Below are positions 8,929 through 17,545 of a stretch of 64,000 nt of DNA, one piece after another. The position numbers and the translations under genes are program-made. The first letter of the stretch is position 1; each line of letters starts with the position of its first letter. Origin of the DNA: a virus; the IMG/VR virus record IMGVR_UViG_3300045988_172855; one strand, written 5' to 3'. The notes beneath the pieces were generated by a model that made no database searches, was not told the DNA's origin, and saw nothing but the letters and a program-made list of their open reading frames with translations.

Positions 8929-9100
8929 TTAATTGTAAATTTTGAGGCCAAAATGCTCTTTGCTCACCATCAATCTTCAAATGATAATATTTAGAAGATC
9001 CTTTCCCACACACACTTGCAATTGTGCTTATTTGACCTTTCAGAGCTAAATTAGAAGAGTGTAATATCTTTACTCTATCACCTACACCAAATGTTGCCAT
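8897..9100 (-). CDS. hypothetical protein (start moved to the ATG at 9100)
   Basis: The track start at 9145 is a TTG. The ATG at 9100 (MATFGVGDRVKIL...) lies 2 nt after the stop of the small ORF 9103..9246. Confidence 0.5.
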   Translation of the reverse strand: MATFGVGDRVKILHSSNLALKGQISTIASVCGKGSSKYYHLKIDGEQRAFWPQNLQLIEKANNQPKK

Positions 9101-9102
9101 TC

Positions 9103-9246
9103 TTATTTTCTTTTTGAGATTATAAATTGCATTTGCGACATCCAAAGTGTTATGAACATGATCGTTAAGAAATACGGCTCTAAATAATTTTTTACGATCA
9201 CTAATCCCACTGGGAATAAATTCATTAAATCAATAAATTCTTTCAT
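9103..9246 (-). CDS. small hydrophobic protein (47 aa, below the track cut-off)
   Basis: Hand translation: MKEFIDLMNLFPVGLVIVKNYLEPYFLTIMFITLWMSQMQFIISKRK*. It is the first ATG after the promoter box at 9269..9302. Confidence 0.4.
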   Translation of the reverse strand: MKEFIDLMNLFPVGLVIVKNYLEPYFLTIMFITLWMSQMQFIISKRK

Positions 9247-9268
9247 ATCGTTTTTATTTTAATTGTTA

Positions 9269-9302
9269 TCTAAAGATACTACTTTGTTATCGAAGGATCA
9301 AC
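9269..9302 (-). promoter_or_regulatory. promoter box, sub-class II
   Basis: Minus strand reads TTGatccttcgataacaaagtagTATCTTTAGat, with 20 nt between TTG and TA. Confidence 0.5.
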
Positions 9303-9533
9303 TTTCAATTGATAATTTTTCACCAATTTGTATCCCATTTCTTTTAGGAAAACCTGCACAACCATATAGTTAATGATCTCTTTCCCATTGTGTTTATAAG
9401 ATCCTATGAGATTGTTGTTATAAGACCATTTTTGAAATTTATTTGATCCAATAAACTTCCACAATAAATCATCGTATTCTTTATCTGAAAGAATCTTTGA
9501 TTCTCCTTGAGGATTTGTCAACTTTACCATCAC
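9279..9533 (-). CDS. hypothetical protein
   Basis: 84-aa ORF with a 4-nt overlap to the upstream gene. Confidence 0.55.
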   Translation of the reverse strand: MMVKLTNPQGESKILSDKEYDDLLWKFIGSNKFQKWSYNNNLIGSYKHNGKEIINYMVVQVFLKEMGYKLVKNYQLKVDPSITK

Positions 9534-10075
9534 TCTAATTGTTTATGATACGAAACTTCTTCTAATTGCGACATCATAAGCATTGCTTTTTTCAGTTCTT
9601 CCCATTTTTCAAAAGTCATTTCACTTTTAGTTGCTGTTTCTTTATCATCTGAAAAAATATTATGTTTATTAACAAATGAAATTGCTAATGTATCTAGAAT
9701 TTTAGCACGTTCTTTTTTTAATTGTTTCCAATAAAAATCAAACATACTTCTAAGATCAATTTCTTGTGTCTTAGTCAGTGAAAAGTAGATTATATTCGAG
9801 TATTTATTGTGTTGATAACTAATTTCTTTTCTGTTAGTTATCTTACAATAACATTGAAAAAGAAGTCTTCTTGCTAATTTATCATTATAAGGTAATTTAA
9901 AAGAAACCCATTCCTCTTTTTCGTCAAAAAGAGTATCAATATCAATGTTATATTGAGCACATAAATCATCCAATGCTCTTTTGGCAGCTAAAACCTCGCC
10001 TCTTTCACCTCGATCAACAAGAGCTTGTAATTTTTTGACTTTGTCAATTACTTTTTCGTATTCCATATTAATCAA
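9530..10075 (-). CDS. hypothetical protein, N-terminus resembles DUF2786-type helical domains
   Basis: KVIDKVKKLQALVDRGERGEVLAAKRALDDLCAQY resembles the KxxKLLALA...EA..A pattern of that family. The match is by eye only. Confidence 0.45.
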   Translation of the reverse strand: MINMEYEKVIDKVKKLQALVDRGERGEVLAAKRALDDLCAQYNIDIDTLFDEKEEWVSFKLPYNDKLARRLLFQCYCKITNRKEISYQHNKYSNIIYFSLTKTQEIDLRSMFDFYWKQLKKERAKILDTLAISFVNKHNIFSDDKETATKSEMTFEKWEELKKAMLMMSQLEEVSYHKQLE

Positions 10076-10348
10076 TTATTTTAAATCCAAAAATTTAGCT
10101 ACTTTATTTGCAACACCTGTAGGAGTTGAACAATTAGAAGCAGTTTCGATAGCATGATCTATACCGTCTTGCCAATAAGTAATTTGAATCGTAATTTTAT
10201 TTCCAGTGAAATAATAATGCAAACAAGCGCATTTGTCTCCTTTACGAATATCGCCTTTGAAATAATTGTAACTACGTCCATCAAGTTTACTTGTTAAAGC
10301 GTCTTTAATTTCTTTTTTGCTTGTCGGTGTAAGAATTTGTCTTGTCAT
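10076..10348 (-). CDS. hypothetical protein
   Basis: 90-aa ORF, first gene after the promoter box at 10393..10430. Confidence 0.55.
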   Translation of the reverse strand: MTRQILTPTSKKEIKDALTSKLDGRSYNYFKGDIRKGDKCACLHYYFTGNKITIQITYWQDGIDHAIETASNCSTPTGVANKVAKFLDLK

Positions 10349-10392
10349 AATCGTTCTTTTTTAATTGTTAATACTGTTCGTTTCTTTTGGTG

Positions 10393-10430
10393 TTGTAAAG
10401 ATACACCTTTTATCTCAGATACCAAAAGTT
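10393..10430 (-). promoter_or_regulatory. promoter box, sub-class I
   Basis: Minus strand reads TTTTGGtatctgagataaaaggtgTATCTTTACaacaccAAAAGAAA. Confidence 0.55.
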
Positions 10431-10461
10431 TATCTCAAAATTGTGGTCTTATTAAGATTTA

Positions 10462-10501
10462 TTAAGAAAAAGGACAACTCGTTTCACAACGAATCGTCCT
10501 T
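10462..10501 (-). terminator. hairpin terminator candidate
   Basis: Stem aaggac...gtcctt extended by imperfect pairing, followed on the minus strand by TTTCTT. Confidence 0.5.
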
Positions 10502-10517
10502 AAAATCAAAAAGTAAA

Positions 10518-10946
10518 TTAGCATGAAATAAATTCTTTTATCTTGGTCTCTGAGATTTGAACGACACGAGACTCATTTATAATCTCCTCTTTTAATATTT
10601 TAGAGGTTATTATTCCGGCTTCAGTATTGTTCGCAGCCTCAACTAAATACGAGATCTTATTTTCTTTAACTTTATCATTCGTGTCATTTACAGTTAAGAA
10701 AATGCACTTACACAAAAACCAAAATCCCTTTTCTTTATTCGGATGAACTTCACTTACACCTATCTCTTTTATAGGTGAAATTACGTAATCGACATCAAGA
10801 TTTTCGTTAGCCCATTGTGTCGCTTGAGCTTCAGCATCTGTATAATTCTCAGCTTTACACGCGATTACATCTGAAAACTTCTTCATTTTGGGATAACGAG
10901 AATCAGTATCGTCATCCCAATAAGTTATCGTTATTTCAAAGAACAT
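10518..10946 (-). CDS. hypothetical protein (possibly DUF4494-like)
   Basis: 142-aa ORF overlapping the DpdA-like gene by 11 nt. The family assignment is a memory-based resemblance only. Confidence 0.5.
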   Translation of the reverse strand: MFFEITITYWDDDTDSRYPKMKKFSDVIACKAENYTDAEAQATQWANENLDVDYVISPIKEIGVSEVHPNKEKGFWFLCKCIFLTVNDTNDKVKENKISYLVEAANNTEAGIITSKILKEEIINESRVVQISETKIKEFISC

Positions 10947-11721
10947 CGTTACAACATTCTCTTAAAAAGTTAACATTCTTTTTTATAAGATCCATTATAT
11001 TAGGATCGATTTCACGATCAAAGTAATCTGCAGGAGTTGGAACTCTTACGAATTTTTCACTGTCACTCAAATCAATACCGTTCATTGCAGCGAGAATAGG
11101 ATAACAACTGTCTGTCGATCTAAACCTCATACCTGTGTACGGAATGAACTCTCTCGGATCACCTTGACCTAAGAAATGTAACTGTTTGCGTAACAAATTC
11201 ATACTCTTCAAACGTGACACAACTACTGATCGAGAATAAGCTATATTATCACTCTCCATAATATGCGGAATCGCCTTCTTACTCATACCAATACAAGTCA
11301 CGTATCTACTCATCAAAAAGAATCTGTAGCAATCAAGCCATTCATCCCAATTCTTACCTTGAGGACAAGCAAGTAGACTTGTAAACATTAAGTTACTCTT
11401 TGCTCTTTCGATTTTCAACCACTCAACAAATTGATTAAAATTTCTCATCGTCTCATTGCGATTGTATAGAACATCTAAAGGAATGACCTCATTCGGTTGA
11501 ATCTCTTTCGTCAGCTTAAACAACTCTTCGTTAGTCAACACTTCGCCTTCATCACCAACACCCGAATCCAATATTGTGAAACGACCGTCTGCAATTGCTT
11601 TTTTAGTATATTCTCGATACTCAGAACTCTTCTTATACAATTGTCCTAAGATATAAAAATTCTTATCGCCTAGTTCACTTAACTCTAAATGACTCATAGG
11701 AGGTGTTACAAATACTCTCAT
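10936..11721 (-). CDS. dpdA: DpdA-like guanine transglycosylase (TGT superfamily) candidate
   Basis: FTILDSGVGDEGE resembles the catalytic DSG(G/A) motif of tRNA-guanine transglycosylases. Its size (261 aa) is typical of phage DpdA. It is coupled to the PTPS-like gene, and folE-queE-queD are present in the window. Confidence 0.5.
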   Translation of the reverse strand: MRVFVTPPMSHLELSELGDKNFYILGQLYKKSSEYREYTKKAIADGRFTILDSGVGDEGEVLTNEELFKLTKEIQPNEVIPLDVLYNRNETMRNFNQFVEWLKIERAKSNLMFTSLLACPQGKNWDEWLDCYRFFLMSRYVTCIGMSKKAIPHIMESDNIAYSRSVVVSRLKSMNLLRKQLHFLGQGDPREFIPYTGMRFRSTDSCYPILAAMNGIDLSDSEKFVRVPTPADYFDREIDPNIMDLIKKNVNFLRECCNDVL

Positions 11722-12635
11722 TCTTCAACGTTTTTTATTATAGTTAAATTATCATATTCTTCGTTTATAAGATATTCAATAAAATCATCGAAACCAATTG
11801 ATTTCTCGCCACTCAAAACATCTTCGAATGATTTATCTTTATCTTTCGAAAACAATCTCTTTTCAAATCGAAGTCTTCTTTTAGATTTAGGTACAGAAAG
11901 ATATATTACATGATAATCTTTTTGATCTAAACCTAATGTAACCCCTTTAAACACTTCAATCTGTCGACAACCTGTAACAATAATGTTCTCACAACCTTCA
12001 GAAATAGCTGATTTTATCAAATCGTTAAGCATCTCAACAATACTTTCATTAAGACACTTATTAAAAATTCTATCTTGTGTGTTTGTCAAATGACGAACAA
12101 TATCACCTACTTCAAATATAACATGTTTTTCACCTACATTTTTCTTCTTGTCTGATAACTTTTGAGTAAAATAAGTTTTACCCGAACAACAACCGCCTAC
12201 AACGAAAAGTATATTCACATTCTGTTTAGAATTACATTCACTTTGTTGTTCTTTTTCACCATCTTCAGGAACTTTTTTTACAACAGCATAGTTTTCACCA
12301 TCTTCACTTACTTCCACCTCTTCGAAATCAAATTGCTTTAACACTTTCTTAGCAATCTGTTCGCAAGATTGACTTCCGAAATCATATATTGCTGTACCTG
12401 CAATGATGGGTGTATTGTGTTTTATATAACTTTCAACTCTATTCTTGAGTAATATAAACTCTTCATCACGATTATCGTGATTAACCCGTTTTTTACAATT
12501 AAATTTGAAAAGATGACGGTGCGGTTGCTCAAGAAACTTAACACCATCACCGTGATTTGCTGAAGCATTTGGATAACAATGCATACCTTCGATTTCGAAT
12601 TTAATCCCAACCAATGTTTCTAATTTTGTTCTCAT
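11718..12635 (-). CDS. fusion protein: PTPS/QueD-fold-like N-domain plus P-loop kinase-like C-domain
   Basis: The N-terminal part has FEIEGMHCYP...EQPHRHLFKF...SCEQIAKKV, which is like the H-x-H and SCE layout of QueD/PTPS. The C-terminal part has the Walker A motif VGGCCSGKT. Confidence 0.5.
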   Translation of the reverse strand: MRTKLETLVGIKFEIEGMHCYPNASANHGDGVKFLEQPHRHLFKFNCKKRVNHDNRDEEFILLKNRVESYIKHNTPIIAGTAIYDFGSQSCEQIAKKVLKQFDFEEVEVSEDGENYAVVKKVPEDGEKEQQSECNSKQNVNILFVVGGCCSGKTYFTQKLSDKKKNVGEKHVIFEVGDIVRHLTNTQDRIFNKCLNESIVEMLNDLIKSAISEGCENIIVTGCRQIEVFKGVTLGLDQKDYHVIYLSVPKSKRRLRFEKRLFSKDKDKSFEDVLSGEKSIGFDDFIEYLINEEYDNLTIIKNVEE

Positions 12636-12636
12636 A

Positions 12637-12897
12637 TCAATAAGTTATGTTAAATCTTTCTTTCGCTTTCTCAGGTCCTATACCGTAAGTCTTACATAGA
12701 CATCTCTTCTTATATTGACATAAATTAACAGGACCTCTATAAATCACTTTTCCATCAAATACCAATCTCATTATCTTTTCGCCGTTGATATTTTTATTTC
12801 TACTTTTACGAAAATTTTTTCGTTCTTCATCAGTCATTGATTTCGACCAACCATTTTTATGATAAATGAAATTTTTTAATGTTTCGTCCATAATCAA
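12637..12897 (-). CDS. hypothetical protein
   Basis: 86-aa basic ORF, tightly packed with its neighbours. Confidence 0.5.
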   Translation of the reverse strand: MIMDETLKNFIYHKNGWSKSMTDEERKNFRKSRNKNINGEKIMRLVFDGKVIYRGPVNLCQYKKRCLCKTYGIGPEKAKERFNITY

Positions 12898-13223
12898 TCT
12901 CCCGGCTCAATTATACATATCGGTATCGCTGGATATTGTAGAACTAAAGGAATACACCTCGAATCGACTTTAGTATTCTTTCTCTTTAGATCTGCCATTA
13001 CTTGTGTAAATTTCTCTCTTTCTATTTTAATACACAATGGCTTAGGTCTATACTTCGAATCTTTCTGAGTCTCAATTCGTTCCATCTGCATGTGAATTTC
13101 AAGTGCTTCTTTACAAGGTAGGAATTTTTCAAGACTAGGAATCTTATTCGCACTAATTAACATTACTTTATCACCGCGTACCGTTTCATTAATGACAGGT
13201 ACAAACATCTTTTCTTTTTTCAT
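12894..13223 (-). CDS. hypothetical protein (start moved to the ATG at 13223)
   Basis: The track start at 13232 is a GTG. The first ATG gives MKKEKMFVPV... Confidence 0.5.
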   Translation of the reverse strand: MKKEKMFVPVINETVRGDKVMLISANKIPSLEKFLPCKEALEIHMQMERIETQKDSKYRPKPLCIKIEREKFTQVMADLKRKNTKVDSRCIPLVLQYPAIPICIIEPGD

Positions 13224-13233
13224 ATTTTTCACT

Positions 13234-13323
13234 TTAATTTATATAATCATATTCATCGTCATCTTCGAGATCAAACTCTTCAAAGTCACTTTGCGTAGTA
13301 ATTTCGTAATCACTCATATTCAT
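13234..13323 (-). CDS. very small acidic peptide (29 aa), speculative
   Basis: Hand translation: MNMSDYEITTQSDFEEFDLEDDDEYDYIN*. It fills the gap between the helicase gene and the next ORF. Confidence 0.25.
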   Translation of the reverse strand: MNMSDYEITTQSDFEEFDLEDDDEYDYIN

Positions 13324-13329
13324 TTGATT

Positions 13330-14787
13330 TTAAATTGAACAATATATTAACTCACGTTTTGCTCTTGTAATTGCTACGAACTTGAGACAATATTCACTAT
13401 ACAGAGCTTCTTGTGTTCTGACCTTATCGCTAGGGATCAAACCAGGATTTAAAAAGAATACTCTATCACTTTCAAGACCCTTTGACTTATGTATTGTACT
13501 TAATACAATACCTTCAACATCTTCTGTGTAAATCCTTTTAATATTTTCCTCCATTATAGAAATATTGTTCCATATACTTGATAATCTATCTATAATGGAA
13601 CATTTCTCAACAAGATTTTCATAAGATGGTTGTTGAATTGCTGATGCGCGACTCATACCTTTATCCATCAATTCTTGTATCTTCTGTTTTTTAAGAATTT
13701 CAAGATCTTGAAAATTAGTGATCTTATCTAAAATCGCACACAGTGCATTGCCGAAGTCTTTATCTTTAATTGTAGCCTTTTTGCTGTTTTGCAAAAGATT
13801 TATAAATGCCTCTACAAGTGGTAAATTATTTCTACATAAAACAAAATCACCTGAATTAGCCTCTTTTAATTCACCTAATCTTACACAACCTTGAATTGCA
13901 TTCTCTGAAGCTTCGATACCATTTGAAAAAACAGTTTTAGCTTCATTTACAATTGACTTAGCGCATCTATATGTTATATCAAGAGGCAATGTCACTGTAT
14001 TAGCAAGATTTTGTAAAAGTTTAAAATTTGATACACTCGCGCCCTGAAATGTGTAGATGTTTTGCCTTGGATCACCAACAGCTATAAATCTGCCTCCAAT
14101 AGGTTTGATATATCTTAATAGAAGTTCTCTCTGAATTGTATTCATATCTTGAACTTCATCTGCAACAACAAGATCGTATTTAGGAAAATCGTCTTCGTCA
14201 ACGAGAATGTATGGAAGATACAACATATCTGTAAAATCCATCTCAAAATCACGATTACTATTGATCTTACGAGTTCGCTTTATCCATTCCTGCTCAATAT
14301 CTACGATATCTTGAACCATTCGATCACGAAATTCAATATCCTTATCAACGCATATATTGTTTATATCATTTTGATAATCAACGAGTAAATTCATACGAAT
14401 AGCATTCCATATATCTTGTAATTCAAATAGATATCTCAATTGCTGCTTTTCAGGTACGTCTTCTAAATTCAATATCTGTCGTCCTATTTTAAAGCATTTG
14501 TTTTCACTTAATTTTAATTTGAAATTAAAATTACGAAGCAATACTTTAAGTCCTTTAGAATGAAATGTACTTACTTCAACTCTTTCAGGCAATCTAGTTT
14601 TCAGTTCTTCAGCAATGCTCTTATTAAACGCTGAAAAGAAACACTTCTTATAAGGTGCAGTTCTTCGACAACACTCTACAATCGTTGTCGTTTTTCCGGA
14701 CCCTGCTGTAGCCTCTATTACTATATTTTGACTCGTTTTTGCATACGTATCAAAAACTGCATTTTGACGATCACTCCAATTTTTCAT
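13330..14787 (-). CDS. UvrD/PcrA/Rep-like superfamily 1 DNA helicase
   Basis: Walker A is ATAGSGKTT. Motif II is VADEVQDMN. Motif III is VGDPRQNIYTFQGA. Motifs V/VI are TIHKSKGLESDRVF and VAITRAKREL. Confidence 0.85.
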   Translation of the reverse strand: MKNWSDRQNAVFDTYAKTSQNIVIEATAGSGKTTTIVECCRRTAPYKKCFFSAFNKSIAEELKTRLPERVEVSTFHSKGLKVLLRNFNFKLKLSENKCFKIGRQILNLEDVPEKQQLRYLFELQDIWNAIRMNLLVDYQNDINNICVDKDIEFRDRMVQDIVDIEQEWIKRTRKINSNRDFEMDFTDMLYLPYILVDEDDFPKYDLVVADEVQDMNTIQRELLLRYIKPIGGRFIAVGDPRQNIYTFQGASVSNFKLLQNLANTVTLPLDITYRCAKSIVNEAKTVFSNGIEASENAIQGCVRLGELKEANSGDFVLCRNNLPLVEAFINLLQNSKKATIKDKDFGNALCAILDKITNFQDLEILKKQKIQELMDKGMSRASAIQQPSYENLVEKCSIIDRLSSIWNNISIMEENIKRIYTEDVEGIVLSTIHKSKGLESDRVFFLNPGLIPSDKVRTQEALYSEYCLKFVAITRAKRELIYCSI

Positions 14788-15254
14788 TTCAAATGATTTT
14801 CGTTACCAACTAAAGAAATTATTTGTTGAGAATATTTGAAAATACTTACATAATCCTTCTGTCTTTTCAAAGCAATCTTTTTCTTTAAAACACTCATTAT
14901 ATCGGCATAACGAATATCATCTTGACATAAGAATCTATTGTAATCAAATTCCTTAACAACCCAAACATCAAATATGATTTGATTAAAACAAAATCTAAAA
15001 TGATTTTCTATTGTTGGATAACGACAGCTATCATCGTGACCTTGATATGTTGAATTTAGCAATTTCAATATCTTGATTATGTTAGGATCATCTGTTCTCA
15101 ATTCCAAATCGATATCGTTCGGCTGACAATCAAATCCATGTTGGTAAAGTGCCAAACTTCCACCAACAATAAAGTCTTTGCTAATTTCTTTTTCAAATTT
15201 TTTTAACGCATCAATCATTATCGATACATTAACTGCAATTTCAAAATCTTTCAT
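14784..15254 (-). CDS. small nucleotidyltransferase-fold protein (LnuA / ANT(2'')-like)
   Basis: VGGSLALYQHGFDCQPNDIDLEL matches the GG-x(n)-DIDL signature of minimal nucleotidyltransferases. The size is about 160 aa. Confidence 0.45.
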   Translation of the reverse strand: MKDFEIAVNVSIMIDALKKFEKEISKDFIVGGSLALYQHGFDCQPNDIDLELRTDDPNIIKILKLLNSTYQGHDDSCRYPTIENHFRFCFNQIIFDVWVVKEFDYNRFLCQDDIRYADIMSVLKKKIALKRQKDYVSIFKYSQQIISLVGNENHLK

Positions 15255-15733
15255 TCTGCTTCAATTTTATCTAGTTCGTATTCAGTAAAATTCTTATAAT
15301 TAGCTAATATATCAGCTACTGCATTACCATAAACAATTGGATCGTTTATATTCTTTTTGTGACCTGGATGCCATATTAATCTTAATCTAAGTTTCTTACG
15401 ATCTTTGAGTTCCTTTAATATAGCTTTCCACAGATCAACATTCATACATCCTTTCCAATCATTATCAACCCATTCTTTAATGTTTTTAACAAGACCATCG
15501 ACAACATATTGACTATCACTATAAACCGTAGCACTTATAGGAATATCTTTTCTTAGAGATTGAATTGCTGTCAATAATGCTCTCATTTCACATCTACCAA
15601 TTGTAGTTTTCTTATAACCTTTTGAAATGAAAGTTTCTTCACCGTCACAAATCATATAGACGCCAATTCCTCCCTTTTTGATTTTCCAATAACAGCTTCC
15701 GTCTGTAAAAATTGTTATCTCTTTTCTTTCCAT
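15251..15733 (-). CDS. rnhA: ribonuclease HI
   Basis: Contains ITIFTDGSC...GGIGV, a central E (CEMRAL), and WHPGH...NAVADILA. Same order as E. coli RNase HI. Confidence 0.85.
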   Translation of the reverse strand: MERKEITIFTDGSCYWKIKKGGIGVYMICDGEETFISKGYKKTTIGRCEMRALLTAIQSLRKDIPISATVYSDSQYVVDGLVKNIKEWVDNDWKGCMNVDLWKAILKELKDRKKLRLRLIWHPGHKKNINDPIVYGNAVADILANYKNFTEYELDKIEAE

Positions 15734-15768
15734 GCCTAAAGATACTACTTTGTTATCGATAAATCAAG
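15734..15768 (-). promoter_or_regulatory. promoter box, sub-class II, abutting the rnhA ATG
   Basis: Minus strand reads TTGatttatcgataacaaagtagTATCTTTAGGCATGG. The ATG begins 3 nt after the box. Confidence 0.5.
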
Positions 15769-17452
15769 ACTTCGTGTTCTTATTCTTTGACTTTAACCTC
15801 TTAATTAAGGCCCAATCTGTCGATTCGTCGTTATTAGAAACTGTATCGTGACCTTTAATTACTGCATTCGTTATCACAGTCTTTTCATCAATAACTTCCT
15901 TTAAATCTGCATCAATAGTTTCGCTCGATAATATATAATATATATTCATCTCCTGTTTTTGACCCATTCTATCTATACGAGCTTTAGCTTGATCAAGATC
16001 TGAAGGTCTAGGAGGCAATTCTAAAAACAACATATTACTACAATGTTCTTGTAATCCATCTACACCTGTAGAAAGTGTTGCAATATTAGCAAAAACAAAC
16101 TGTTTATCTCTTTTAAATTCTTCAACTCTCCTCATCTTCTCATCTGTTGTTTGTTCACCGATCACCAATACACTATCTTTTGCAAATTCTTTTTGCAATT
16201 GTTTTAGAGGCTCGGTTCTTACACCAAAAACGATTAATTTTTCATCTTCTGCAATCTCTTTCCATTCTTTTAAAAATGCGGTAATGAATTTCATCTTACC
16301 TTTAATGGATAGATCTTTCAAATTCGCTAATTTAACTAAATGTTCAGCTCGTCTCGCTCTCTCTGCAGCCTCAAGGTCTATATCTTCAAGATACTCAATG
16401 AAATTTTCTTCGGCTTTTTGATACTCTTTCTTATTCGTTATCTCGCATTCGATTGTTTGTTCTATAACATTAGGAAGCTCTTTCAAAACATCGTTTCTTT
16501 CTTTTCGATAGTAACAGTAATGTTTCAATATATTGTGTAACTCTAATGTGTATGTAGCTCCTGAGCAATCTAATCCAAATCTCGTTATTTTTGCATTACA
16601 ATATCTATTTAAAAAATATTTCATATTCGGAAATATTTCGTCAAATCGTCCTAATATCCTTAGAATATTTATAAGCTCTTGAGGTCTGTTCTGAATAATC
16701 GTTCCGCTCAATGCAAAGACTTTATGTGCTTTTTTCACAATTTTTTCAACAGCCTTCGACCTCATTGTTTTGGGATTTTTACATAAGTGTATCTCATCGA
16801 GAATAACACATCCCCATTTTTTAGACAAACTTCTGCTATACCTTAATTTTAACTCTTCGCCCCTTTTTGTTTTTTTAAACAAGTAATCGTAGTTTATAAT
16901 AGTAACGTCTACTTTCCAATCTAAATCATCACCATCTTTAGAGTCTATAATATGTATTGTCCTATTAGGATTACACCTTTTCCATTCTCTCTCCCAAGAT
17001 GTCTTGACTGTAGACGGACATATAACTAAACACGGGAAAAGATCAAGTAATTCAACTGTTGCAATTGATTGGCGTGATTTACCTAATCCCATAGAGCAAC
17101 CGTTGATACAATTATCGTGATTTATCATATAAGTTACTCCCTCAATTTGATAATCTCTCAAATTAAGAGGTAACTTAAGAAAGTCAATTAATTGTTTCAC
17201 TTCACTTTCTTCAACATAATTGTGTATAGGATTTAATTTGATTTCTTGAGGCCGATAAATTCGTTTATTTTCAAAATTATTTTCCTCAAGAAATCCCTTT
17301 AATCTAGACGATATCTCTAAATTAAGTTGTAAATACCATTCTTTAGTTGCATTATTATATTTAGCTTTGAATCTCTTCATAGCTTCAACTAAATGCGGTC
17401 TATAATCAAAACCTATATATATCCAATCTTTTTCTCTATAGTAATATCTCAT
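15764..17452 (-). CDS. SNF2-family helicase / DNA translocase
   Basis: Contains DYQIEGV, GLGKSRQSIA, ILDEIHLCKN, LSGTIIQNRPQEL and QAKARIDRMGQK. The track start (TTG at 17476) lies in a hairpin, so the ATG at 17452 is preferred. Confidence 0.85.
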   Translation of the reverse strand: MRYYYREKDWIYIGFDYRPHLVEAMKRFKAKYNNATKEWYLQLNLEISSRLKGFLEENNFENKRIYRPQEIKLNPIHNYVEESEVKQLIDFLKLPLNLRDYQIEGVTYMINHDNCINGCSMGLGKSRQSIATVELLDLFPCLVICPSTVKTSWEREWKRCNPNRTIHIIDSKDGDDLDWKVDVTIINYDYLFKKTKRGEELKLRYSRSLSKKWGCVILDEIHLCKNPKTMRSKAVEKIVKKAHKVFALSGTIIQNRPQELINILRILGRFDEIFPNMKYFLNRYCNAKITRFGLDCSGATYTLELHNILKHYCYYRKERNDVLKELPNVIEQTIECEITNKKEYQKAEENFIEYLEDIDLEAAERARRAEHLVKLANLKDLSIKGKMKFITAFLKEWKEIAEDEKLIVFGVRTEPLKQLQKEFAKDSVLVIGEQTTDEKMRRVEEFKRDKQFVFANIATLSTGVDGLQEHCSNMLFLELPPRPSDLDQAKARIDRMGQKQEMNIYYILSSETIDADLKEVIDEKTVITNAVIKGHDTVSNNDESTDWALIKRLKSKNKNTKS

Positions 17453-17464
17453 CACATCAATTTT

Positions 17465-17507
17465 TATATAAAGCAAAGTGGATCTTATTTCACAACAAAA
17501 TCCACTT
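17465..17507 (-). terminator. hairpin terminator candidate after ligA
   Basis: Stem aagtggat / atccactt (17476-17483 and 17500-17507). The U-tract is weak. Confidence 0.4.
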
Positions 17508-17545
17508 CAATACTCAATTTATAAATTTAAAGCAAAATGTTAAAG

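Noticed and set aside
2494-12610. Same-strand alternative-frame ORFs 2494..2709 and 12422..12610.
   Set aside because: They are fully nested in longer ORFs (2330..3064 and 11718..12635). They have no start context of their own and their composition is implausible.
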